Shown here one piece after another: positions 25,655 through 33,296 of a stretch of 63,956 bases of DNA. Every line of letters starts with the position of its first letter. Positions within the stretch are counted from its first letter, which is position 1. The notes beneath the pieces were generated by a model. That model saw only the letters and a program-made list of their open reading frames with translations. It did not search any database and had not been told where the DNA came from. A program made the position numbers and the translations under genes. The stretch comes from Minisyncoccota bacterium (GTDB lineage: Bacteria > Patescibacteriota > Minisyncoccia > Phycocordibacterales > Phycocordibacteraceae). The stretch is taken from NCBI GenBank assembly GCA_036399335.1, contig DASWNF010000002.1, positions 1 through 63,956 on the forward strand, given 5' to 3'.

Positions 25655-26107
25655 ATGTCAGAAGATACATCACTGAAAGACCGCATCGACCTCGTGCTCG
25701 AGGAAATTCGCGTCGTCGTGCCGGGAAGCCAGGCGCTCCTCGGTTTCCAATTAGTCGCGCTCTTCAGTAACGGCTTCTTGCTCCTGCCGCAGGGGCTCCG
25801 CGAAGTGCACCTCGCGAGCCTTGGGCTCATTGCACTTGCGACCATACTCCTCATGGCGCCGTCGGCGTACCACCGCATCGCCTGCCGCGGCGAGAATAGT
25901 CCTGCCGTACACCGCTTCGCGAGCCGCATGCTCATCGGGGCGATGTTCTTCCTCATCTCAGGGCTCGCTGCCGATATCTGGGTGGCAACGTATCTCGTCC
26001 TCGGCACGAACAGCGCCGCATGGCTCGCCGGGGGTACGTGCTTCGTCCTTGCCCTTCTCCTTTGGTTCGTGTATCCCGCAATTCTCGCCCGAAAGCGCAC
26101 CGGATAG
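25655..26107 (+). CDS. DUF6328-like membrane protein
   Basis: EEIRVVVPGSQALLGFQLVALFS followed by 3 TM helices. 150 aa. Confidence 0.45.
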   Translation: MSEDTSLKDRIDLVLEEIRVVVPGSQALLGFQLVALFSNGFLLLPQGLREVHLASLGLIALATILLMAPSAYHRIACRGENSPAVHRFASRMLIGAMFFLISGLAADIWVATYLVLGTNSAAWLAGGTCFVLALLLWFVYPAILARKRTG

Positions 26108-26121
26108 GCGTGGGGGTGTAA

Positions 26122-26155
26122 GCAAAAAGCAGCCGCACATGCGGCTGCTTTTTGC
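26122..26155. terminator. bidirectional terminator
   Basis: GCAAAAAGCAGCCGC-ACAT-GCGGCTGCTTTTTGC between convergent genes. Confidence 0.8.
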
Positions 26156-26169
26156 TGTATGGTTGAACG

Positions 26170-27222
26170 TTACTTGCTCGCCTGCTTCTTGCTTCGTATA
26201 CGGTGCTGCTTCTCAGGTAAAGGCAACGCCTCCTCGATTACGGCCGCGCGAAGGATGTCCTTAATCGCGAAGACGGCGATGCCGTACTTCCAGTTATTCT
26301 TCCGGTGGTCATCGGGGTGTTCCTGCGAGCGGGCCTGGTAGAAGAGGTACAGCTCGTCGCCCACGAACCATGCGCTTGCGTGGCCGTTTTCTCCCGACTC
26401 CCACTCGTGTTCGCGGTCAGAGAGGACGGGGCCGATGCTCGTGTACGGGCCGCCGACGTCGGACGCTACGGCGAAGAACACGCGCTGGCGCGTTCCCCTG
26501 CGCCCTTCTTCGATGAAGCAGGTAGCGTTCATGAGCACGTGCCCCGTAGGCAGCGGTATGAGTTCAGGGCCTTCAATGCCCCACTCGTAGTCAGGGTGTT
26601 CGCGCCCGTTATGATGCCAGGCAATGTCTTCGTGCGTGAGGATCTTCTTCATGCGCTTCCAATGGCCTGACCAGCGGTCGGTAACGCTCCGGGCGAGGTA
26701 GACGTCGGGCTGCGGTATAAATGGCCGGTCGTAGGTGAGCATGGTGGTCGGGACGCCCGAGTACACCATGTACTTCTTCCCCTTAATTGAAGCAAATTGG
26801 GGGTCGTAGAGCCCGGCTTCGGTGAGACCCTTCGGCTCCATGAGTGACCGCATCTTCGTAAAGACGTGACCGTCAGCGGAAACGAGATACGCGATGCCCC
26901 CACCAATCGACATGAAATCTTTCTGCACGGCCATATGGAAGAGCTTGTCTTCAAAGTCATAAATGACGGTAGGCGCAGCGACATGCGGGCCCTCGACGCC
27001 GCGCAGTACAGCCGAATCCTGTTCGGTCCAGGGGCCTTCGATGGAAGGAGCGGTGGCGTGGAGTATTTCCCACTCCTCGGTGACGGTCGTGCCCCCCGAG
27101 CCGTAGATGTGCCATGTCTTGCCGTCGTACACGATGCACGGGTCTTTTACGTCCTTATAACGCGATGATTCAAAGAGGGGCCCGATCTTGCGGGTGGGCT
27201 TAAGTGCTGGTCCTGGAGGCAT
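26170..27222 (-). CDS. beta-propeller glycoside hydrolase-like protein (GH43-type superfamily, tentative)
   Basis: KDVKDPCIVYDGKTWHIYGSGG, GLYDPQF..IKGKKYMVYSG and GHASAWFVGDELYLFYQ repeat like propeller blades. Confidence 0.45.
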   Translation of the reverse strand: MPPGPALKPTRKIGPLFESSRYKDVKDPCIVYDGKTWHIYGSGGTTVTEEWEILHATAPSIEGPWTEQDSAVLRGVEGPHVAAPTVIYDFEDKLFHMAVQKDFMSIGGGIAYLVSADGHVFTKMRSLMEPKGLTEAGLYDPQFASIKGKKYMVYSGVPTTMLTYDRPFIPQPDVYLARSVTDRWSGHWKRMKKILTHEDIAWHHNGREHPDYEWGIEGPELIPLPTGHVLMNATCFIEEGRRGTRQRVFFAVASDVGGPYTSIGPVLSDREHEWESGENGHASAWFVGDELYLFYQARSQEHPDDHRKNNWKYGIAVFAIKDILRAAVIEEALPLPEKQHRIRSKKQASK

Positions 27223-27296
27223 ATTTGCAGTATACCCGATGCCGCATGCAGCACCTGTGGGTTGCGGTCACGGAGCTCTTGCGCGAATATAGGCAG

Positions 27297-27902
27297 ATGA
27301 AGAAGTCGACACTAATTATTATCGTCGCAGGGGTGGTGGCGCTTGGCGCTGCCGGCTACCTCTCGCTTAGGGAGCGCCAAGTCCCCGTTCCCGAGCTGCC
27401 CGACATCACCAGGGAGCCTGCGCCGGAAATGCTTACCTATAGCGCGCCCGAGGCCGGCATTACCTTCTCCTACTCCCCCGGTTATTACCTCAAGGAGCGT
27501 AAGGAAGGCGCAGGGAACCGCCCTGAGCTTGTTGTCGTATTAGTTGAAGATACGACAGAGAACCGCGAGGTCATCGATGGACGCTCCACGACAGCGCGCG
27601 AAGGTCCGACCTCCATCACGCTCGACGTATATCCGAACCCAGACCGTCTCGGTGCCGAGGACTGGGTCCGTGCTGACACCAACTGGACCGTACGGACCTC
27701 AGACGCCGCGCCTATCGGCCGCGGTAGCATTACGGGCGTTACCTACTCCTGGGACGGGCTGTATAGCGGCAAGACGGTTGTCGTTACCCGCGAGTCCCGC
27801 GCTTACGTGTTCTCCGTTACCTGGATGAGCCCCGAAGATCCTATCCTCAAGGAATTTGACCGCGTGCTTGAGTCCGTCGTCATCGCTGCACCGGAAAGCT
27901 AG
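27297..27902 (+). CDS. membrane-anchored hypothetical protein
   Basis: ATG at 27297. MKKSTLIIIVAGVVALGAAGYL anchor. Confidence 0.55.
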   Translation: MKKSTLIIIVAGVVALGAAGYLSLRERQVPVPELPDITREPAPEMLTYSAPEAGITFSYSPGYYLKERKEGAGNRPELVVVLVEDTTENREVIDGRSTTAREGPTSITLDVYPNPDRLGAEDWVRADTNWTVRTSDAAPIGRGSITGVTYSWDGLYSGKTVVVTRESRAYVFSVTWMSPEDPILKEFDRVLESVVIAAPES

Positions 27903-28270
27903 GTGCGTCCGTACTTCTCGTCGATCTTCCGGACGGTATCCTCACCGTTCCCGTCGATGGTCCGGAGGATGTGGTCAATCTTATCCTCAAGCCGATCGTC
28001 ACCCTCCTTAGACTGAGGCGAACCGAGGTACAAGAGGTAGGCGAGCCCGGCAACCTGCCAGATGAGCTGCAGGAATTCTGATTGCCAGTTTTCAAAGGTA
28101 TCGCGAAGCACCTCTACCAAATAACCGCTTACTTCAATCGCTTCACCGTGGGCGACCTGTTCGTTCACGAAGGCGAACCAGGCGAAGACCCAGTGACCGA
28201 TGAGGCTTCCCAGGAAAAGCACGAGGGTTACCCATACGTACCCATATTTCGTCCACACGGATTTATTCAT
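27899..28270 (-). CDS. DUF6766-like membrane protein
   Basis: WVTLVLFLGSLIGHWVFAW...ENWQSEFLQLIWQVAGLAYLLYLGSPQSKE. 123 aa. Confidence 0.45.
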   Translation of the reverse strand: MNKSVWTKYGYVWVTLVLFLGSLIGHWVFAWFAFVNEQVAHGEAIEVSGYLVEVLRDTFENWQSEFLQLIWQVAGLAYLLYLGSPQSKEGDDRLEDKIDHILRTIDGNGEDTVRKIDEKYGRT

Positions 28271-28312
28271 AGGCGTCGGGGTTATGGCTGAGCCATTACC
28301 CTAGTGCCTCTT

Positions 28313-28326
28313 GCCTGATTTTTGTA
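28313..28326 (+). repeat. direct repeat copy 1 (GCCTGATTTTTGTA)
   Basis: Identical 14-mer to 29046-29059. The flanks extend the match to 16 of 17 nt. Confidence 0.7.
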
Positions 28327-28414
28327 TTAAAACAATTTCAATTTTCTGGGTACTTTTGCCTAATTCCACAACAAAAGCTAGTATCTAGGAAGTTGCTATG
28401 CACAGGAGGTAAGC

Positions 28415-28993
28415 ATGCACTTTATCCTTCCGAAAAAGCGCCCGGATCTTCACTCCCAAGGGTTAAGCGCCTTGCCGCTTTTCTTCCTGGCCGGGCCGAT
28501 TCAGGGCGCGGGTGACTGGCATGTGCGCATGTCAGAATTGCTCGCAGACTCCGCCGGGAACTCAATCGTGGTGAACCCCTCCCGTTACGACGGGAGGCAC
28601 GAACACTACAGGCACCAACTCGACGGACCCGAAGTCGACATACGGCAGACGGACTGGGAGCGGCACTATCTTCGGCAGGCTGCAATTGACTGGCACGCTG
28701 GCTGCATTATCTTCTGGTTGGCCGAGCAAGTCGGGCCGCGGACGGACGGCAGGCCGTACGCCTCTGACACCCGGGGTGAGCTCGGGGAGTGGCGTGGACA
28801 CATGATGCACGTGCGTAATGCACGCGTGGTCGTCGGGGCCGAAAAGGATTTCCCAGGACTGAGCGTGATCGAGCGCAACTTCCAGTTGGCGCTGGGAGCC
28901 AGCTTCCGCATCAGCGACACCATGGAAGAAGTGGCTGCGCGGGCTGCGGTTCATGCCCAACAAAGCCTTCCGTTGGTCGGGCGCGACTACTAG
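28415..28993 (+). CDS. nucleoside 2-deoxyribosyltransferase-like (Nuc_deoxyri_tr2-type) protein
   Basis: AGGAGGT SD. LPLFFLAGPIQGAGDWH, TDWERHYL and IIFWL...PYASDTRGELGEW resemble PF15891-type proteins. Confidence 0.5.
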   Translation: MHFILPKKRPDLHSQGLSALPLFFLAGPIQGAGDWHVRMSELLADSAGNSIVVNPSRYDGRHEHYRHQLDGPEVDIRQTDWERHYLRQAAIDWHAGCIIFWLAEQVGPRTDGRPYASDTRGELGEWRGHMMHVRNARVVVGAEKDFPGLSVIERNFQLALGASFRISDTMEEVAARAAVHAQQSLPLVGRDY

Positions 28994-29018
28994 AAGTAGA
29001 AGCCCTCACGCCGTTCCT

Positions 29019-29056
29019 CAGGCTGCATTTCCGCAAGGAAGTGCAGCCTGATTTTT
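29019..29056 (+). terminator. rho-independent terminator
   Basis: CAGGCTGCATTTCC-GCAA-GGAAGTGCAGCCTG followed by ATTTTTG. Confidence 0.8.
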
Positions 29057-29059
29057 GTA
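29046..29059 (+). repeat. direct repeat copy 2 (GCCTGATTTTTGTA)
   Basis: Forms the 3' stem end and T-tract of the terminator. Identical to 28313-28326. Confidence 0.7.
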
Positions 29060-29167
29060 ATACTGGCTGGGCGCCGGATGCCAGAACCATGGTATTGACA
29101 AATACCCAAAGTATGGGTACCGTAGTGATAGTTGTACTGCATCCCGCGTTAACCCAAGGAGTCTGAC

Positions 29168-29434
29168 ATGAGCCTTTTTCATGCACTTGCCCTGGCCGCA
29201 GTCGCTCTGCTCATTCTTGTGCTGAGCCTTCTGCGGCGCCGGAATAAGGGACCTAAGTTTTTGCGGTGGGTTCTTTTCGTCGACTGCATCGCCGCGAGCG
29301 TCCATTCCTTCTGGCTCTACGCCACTTTCGTCAGAGACGGCAATGGCTACGGCGCGGGGCTATGCCTCGTCTGGCCCTTCGCGCTCGCGATACTTATGCA
29401 CGGCGAGGAGCAGCGCTCGACGGATGCTGGCTAA
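29168..29434 (+). CDS. small membrane protein
   Basis: AAGGAG lies 6 nt upstream. 88 aa with 3 hydrophobic helices. Confidence 0.55.
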   Translation: MSLFHALALAAVALLILVLSLLRRRNKGPKFLRWVLFVDCIAASVHSFWLYATFVRDGNGYGAGLCLVWPFALAILMHGEEQRSTDAG

Positions 29435-29537
29435 GCCGCCTCCACCTACTTCTCTCAAACAGAGGGCCGTACGGAGGGCGGCTTTTCTGTTTATTGCTGG
29501 CAGCCAGCGTTTGAACCTTTGGTATGATGCGCAGGTT

Positions 29538-30137
29538 ATGGCGCGCGCAGGAGACCAATACCGCTTATTTGATACGGGCATATCACTGCCTAACGGCTTC
29601 GTGTACCGACCTGAATTCCTGACCATACGCGAGGAAGAGCGCCTGCTTGCTGCCATTAAGCAGCTGCCGCTCGTTAACGCCCCGTACGGCGAATACACCG
29701 CGCGACGCCGCGTCATGAACTTCGGCATGGGATTTGAGTTCGATATGGACAAGCCCACCCAGGGACCGCCCTTACCTCCCTTCCTTACGCCCCTACAGCG
29801 GAAAGTCGCCAAGTGGATCGATGTGCCCGCAGCGCGTGTGGTCGAGGCCCTCGTGACCGAATACCGCCCCGGGACGCCCATTGGGTGGCACCGCGACCGG
29901 GAGATGTTTGAGTCGGTCGTGGGCGTATCGCTTTCGGGGTGGTGCGATTTGAAGCTCCGGCCGATAGGCTCGAAAGGATTAAAGGACATTGCGACCCTTC
30001 CGCTTGAGCCACGCTCGGCATACCTGCTCCAAGAAGACAGCCGCTGGAAATGGCAGCACAGCATTCCGCCGACGAAGACCCTCCGCTACTCAATCACCTT
30101 CCGCACGTTACCGAAGAGCTTACCTACACCGCGTTAG
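29538..30137 (+). CDS. AlkB-like Fe(II)/2-oxoglutarate dioxygenase
   Basis: IGWHRDRE (HxD), WQHSIPP (distal His) and RYSITFR (2OG-binding Arg). ATG at 29538 within the longer ORF. Confidence 0.7.
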   Translation: MARAGDQYRLFDTGISLPNGFVYRPEFLTIREEERLLAAIKQLPLVNAPYGEYTARRRVMNFGMGFEFDMDKPTQGPPLPPFLTPLQRKVAKWIDVPAARVVEALVTEYRPGTPIGWHRDREMFESVVGVSLSGWCDLKLRPIGSKGLKDIATLPLEPRSAYLLQEDSRWKWQHSIPPTKTLRYSITFRTLPKSLPTPR

Positions 30138-30208
30138 AAGGAAGTTATACCCAGGCCCGCGCAAAGGCTCAGCTTGCTTCTGTAATACCTCGCGCTCATA
30201 CTAGCTTC

Positions 30209-30787
30209 ATGCAAACAACGAAGCTCCCCACCAAGAAGCCTGCAAGATTTAAAAAGACGCCGCACTTTCCACCGGACCGCCTGGTGGAATATTTGGGCAT
30301 GGTTAATTACGCGACTTCAGAACGCGTCCTCGAGGAGATACGCGAGCTCGTCCACGAAGACCCCGAGCGCGAGATATCGCTCCTCGTGACTTCTGCAGGT
30401 GGGCCGTCCGGAACTGCCATGGGTTTTTATGACGCCATCCGCTCAGTATTAAAGCCTAAGCTTACGACCATAGGCTCGGGTGATGTCGATTCCTCCGGTA
30501 TCGTCATATTCTTGGCCGGTGATACGCGATACGTGACGAAGAACACCACCCTCTTATTCCATATGGCGGGTTCCTCATTCGAAGGAAATAAGCGATATAC
30601 GGCGTGCGAGATCGACGCCTTCCTGCGCGAATACCGCCTCAAGGACTTTCAGTACGCATCAATCGTCGCCGAGCGCTCAAACGGCCGCCTTACGACCGAG
30701 CAGGTGCTTTCCATGATGGAAAAGAACACCATCCTGACGCCTATCGAGCTCGTAAGCTACGGCCTTGCCGACGCCATTCTAAAATAA
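30209..30787 (+). CDS. ClpP/S14 peptidase family protein (divergent)
   Basis: LLVTSAGGPSGTAMGFYDAI, TIGSGDVDSSGIVIFLAG (Ser position), LLFHMAG (His position) and a YGLADAIL C-terminus. Confidence 0.6.
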   Translation: MQTTKLPTKKPARFKKTPHFPPDRLVEYLGMVNYATSERVLEEIRELVHEDPEREISLLVTSAGGPSGTAMGFYDAIRSVLKPKLTTIGSGDVDSSGIVIFLAGDTRYVTKNTTLLFHMAGSSFEGNKRYTACEIDAFLREYRLKDFQYASIVAERSNGRLTTEQVLSMMEKNTILTPIELVSYGLADAILK

Positions 30788-30977
30788 AACTGCAGCGCTT
30801 TCACGCACGGTTCACAGCCCATCCGTTATGGTTCAGTAGTCCCCAGTAGGACTAGCCGTAACGGCAAAAACGCTATTTGTTTGCGTCCACCAAGTGGCAC
30901 GTGAGCACGCAAGGATAACCCGAGGGCCACAACCCAAAAGCTATCCTACGGGGCTTACCAGCCTAAGCAGAACACGT

Positions 30978-31184
30978 ATGGCACAAAACAATACGGGTGG
31001 CGGCGGCAAACGTAAACGAGGCTTCGCTGCCATGAACCCCGAAGAACAGCGCGAAATCGCTGCGAAGGGAGGCCGTGCAGCCCACCAGAAAGGCACGGCG
31101 CACCAATTCAGCTCTGAAGAGGCACGCGCCGCAGGCCGCAAGGGCGGGCTCGCAAGCCGAGGAGGCGGAAGGAATAAGTCCTAA
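30978..31184 (+). CDS. KGG-repeat general stress protein
   Basis: GFAAMNPEEQREIAAKGGRAAHQKG...EEARAAGRKGG, the stress-induced KGG motif repeats. Confidence 0.7.
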   Translation: MAQNNTGGGGKRKRGFAAMNPEEQREIAAKGGRAAHQKGTAHQFSSEEARAAGRKGGLASRGGGRNKS

Positions 31185-31196
31185 TGCACACCAAAC

Positions 31197-31222
31197 AACC
31201 CGCGCATCGCGCGGGTTTTGTT
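31197..31222. terminator. terminator between convergent genes
   Basis: AACCCGCGC-ATC-GCGCGGGTT followed by TTGTT. Confidence 0.7.
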
Positions 31223-31223
31223 A

Positions 31224-31526
31224 TTAGCGGTATGCCGCTGGCGCCGGCATTTTCTTGAGTTTCCGCTTGTCGCACTTCGTGCACTTCATGTGTACAAGGG
31301 TCTTCTGTCCGCCCTCTATCTTGTTGTCGGAACTCCAGTTGTGGCGGCAAAGTGCCCGGCGGACATAGAGCCCGAGGTTTCGCATGCTCGCGTAGTCATT
31401 AAGCATGTCCTGGAGGTCATCGTGCTCCTCAAAACTGAGCGGGCGCTCAAGAAGTCCTTCAATGTAGGTGTATATCTCGTGGCGGTAATCCTTGGGGTGC
31501 TTCATGAAGCGGGACGATGGAACCAT
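31224..31526 (-). CDS. hypothetical protein with C-terminal CxxC pair
   Basis: 100 aa. ...TLVHMKCTKCDKRKLKK. Starts 4 nt after the SET gene stop. Confidence 0.5.
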   Translation of the reverse strand: MVPSSRFMKHPKDYRHEIYTYIEGLLERPLSFEEHDDLQDMLNDYASMRNLGLYVRRALCRHNWSSDNKIEGGQKTLVHMKCTKCDKRKLKKMPAPAAYR

Positions 31527-31530
31527 GTAC

Positions 31531-31983
31531 TTATGAAGACGCTAGAGCTGTGCTTTGCTTACGGTTCGGCTTATTTTTTGCACTACACTTTGGGCAGCGG
31601 CAGACGCCCTTTATATACTCGTCAAAATATTCTTTGCCGTAATCATACGTAATCTCCTCCCCCGGCTTAATCGCCTTGGTGGCGAAGATGAATACCCGGC
31701 CCTTGTGGATATACGGCTCGGCATTCGGTACGCAGGAGTGGTTTATGTATCCAGCCTTATTATCCCGCGGCTTCCCGTCTATCGTTTTGTGCTTGCTGAT
31801 GGAGAAAAGGTATCGGCTTCGGCTCGTGCGCTCCTCCTCGGGAGTCACCTGCCGACCAACATATTCAATAATGCATGCGTTCTTTGGTATCGGATCCCCT
31901 GCAAAAAGGCCGAGGCCGGCGGTTGAGCGCTTTACTAAAAGAGAAAATGCTCCGGGAGCATACTTCCTGCGAACGGTTGCCAT
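31531..31983 (-). CDS. SET domain protein (putative protein-lysine N-methyltransferase)
   Basis: GLGLFA, GYINHSCVPNAE, GEEITYDYG and a post-SET CRCPKCS motif. 150 aa. Confidence 0.85.
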   Translation of the reverse strand: MATVRRKYAPGAFSLLVKRSTAGLGLFAGDPIPKNACIIEYVGRQVTPEEERTSRSRYLFSISKHKTIDGKPRDNKAGYINHSCVPNAEPYIHKGRVFIFATKAIKPGEEITYDYGKEYFDEYIKGVCRCPKCSAKNKPNRKQSTALASS

Positions 31984-32000
31984 GGCCGAATTCTACTCCC

Positions 32001-33236
32001 TCACTCCGCCCCCGTCGACGCTTCCATGTACGAAACCGAACCGAGAGGAACCTCGACATGGCCTTCAAGGGTAATTTGGTACAGCACCAGCCCGAGGATG
32101 AATATGAGGAGTATGAGTCCCCCGCCGGCAACTTCGACATACTGGTGGCGAAGGTGCGTGCCGATGGCGATACCCAGGAGCACGATGGCTGCGGCAAGGA
32201 GCCCGGTAAGGAGCATCACGAGCGATGAGCGGGGGGAAGTCGCTATCCGGGCGAGCATGGTAGCGGGCTCCTCGACGCCTGCCACGATTCGCGGAGATGC
32301 CGGGCTTTCAGTACCCGAGACGCCTGCGGGCGTAGTCGAGGCATTTTCCGTATCGAGGCGCTCAGGACGCGATACGGGCATCGTCTCTTCTCCTGTTGTA
32401 AGTCGCTCAGGACGTGATACCGGCATTGTCTCATCCCCAGGCGCAACGAGCTGCTCACCAGCCACCTGGGCGTCGTTTGCGGGGGTTCCCGGGTCGCTTG
32501 GCGTCTCGGGGGCAGCAGGGGCTTCAGGTTCCGGGTTTGTAGACGGGGCTGGCTCGGGTGCGGGGCTCGGGGCTGGTATAGGGGTAGAGGCTGCTGCAAC
32601 CGGCGCGCTTCCGGGCGGGGTCGCAAAGTATTGCACGACGAAGGTCGTTTCCTTGCCCTTGTACGTACCCTGTGCGACCGCAATACCGACGCGTGTGTAT
32701 TCGCGCTTCATGATGTTGGCGCGGTGCGTTGGTGAATTCATCCAACCTTTCTCAACGTCGACGGAGTCCGTGAAGTTAACGGCAAGGTTCTGTCCGGCAT
32801 ATGAATACGGGTATCCAGCCTCGCGAAGCCAGTGCCACGGCGTCTTTCCATCTGGGCTGTTATGCGCGAAGTATCCCTTCTCGGCCATGTCGTTTACGGC
32901 GAGCTGTGCCGCGCGTGCAAGCGCCGGGTCATGGGTCACGGAAGGAAGCGAGTTATCCGCACGGTCTTCGTTCGTGAGGCTCGTGAGGACGCCCGGGAGG
33001 ACAGCGGCGAGGAAGTTCGTCTCCTTGAAGACGATGCGGGTCTGGGCAAAGTACGCGACCTGGAGCGCGACGAGGCCGATGGCGATGACGCCAAGCGACC
33101 ACGGACTGAATATGTGGGGACGGTACTCGTTCCGCGCATGCGGGAAGAAGTAGTCATGGAGGCGACGGGACCGCAAAAGACGCTTGTCCGCACGCGCCTG
33201 CTTGGGCTCAAGAGTCATGTGGTGATTATAAAACAT
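32001..33236 (-). CDS. CAP/SCP (PR-1-like) domain protein with Pro-rich region and C-terminal TM
   Basis: YFAHNSPDGKTPWHWL...YAGQNLA...GWMNSPTHRANIM...VGIAV are CAP motifs. There is an N-terminal TM and a C-terminal hydrophobic segment. Confidence 0.75.
   Translation of the reverse strand: MFYNHHMTLEPKQARADKRLLRSRRLHDYFFPHARNEYRPHIFSPWSLGVIAIGLVALQVAYFAQTRIVFKETNFLAAVLPGVLTSLTNEDRADNSLPSVTHDPALARAAQLAVNDMAEKGYFAHNSPDGKTPWHWLREAGYPYSYAGQNLAVNFTDSVDVEKGWMNSPTHRANIMKREYTRVGIAVAQGTYKGKETTFVVQYFATPPGSAPVAAASTPIPAPSPAPEPAPSTNPEPEAPAAPETPSDPGTPANDAQVAGEQLVAPGDETMPVSRPERLTTGEETMPVSRPERLDTENASTTPAGVSGTESPASPRIVAGVEEPATMLARIATSPRSSLVMLLTGLLAAAIVLLGIAIGTHLRHQYVEVAGGGLILLIFILGLVLYQITLEGHVEVPLGSVSYMEASTGAE
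32359..32432. repeat. 45-nt tandem repeat (encodes ETMPVSRPERL x2)
   Basis: Copies at 32359-32387 and 32404-32432 differ at 3 of 29 nt. Confidence 0.8.
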
Positions 33237-33240
33237 TTAT

Positions 33241-33277
33241 ACAAAAGCAACAAGCCGCCTCAAGGGCGGCTTGTTGC
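33241..33277 (-). terminator. rho-independent terminator
   Basis: GCAACAAGCCGCC / GGCGGCTTGTTGC with TTTTGT on the minus strand. Confidence 0.75.
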
Positions 33278-33296
33278 TAACGCTAACGAGGGTTTA

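Noticed and set aside
32026-33153. 375-aa plus-strand ORF opposite the CAP-domain gene
   Set aside because: The CAP motifs are on the minus strand. The plus ORF is Ser/Ala/Arg-rich with no signatures.
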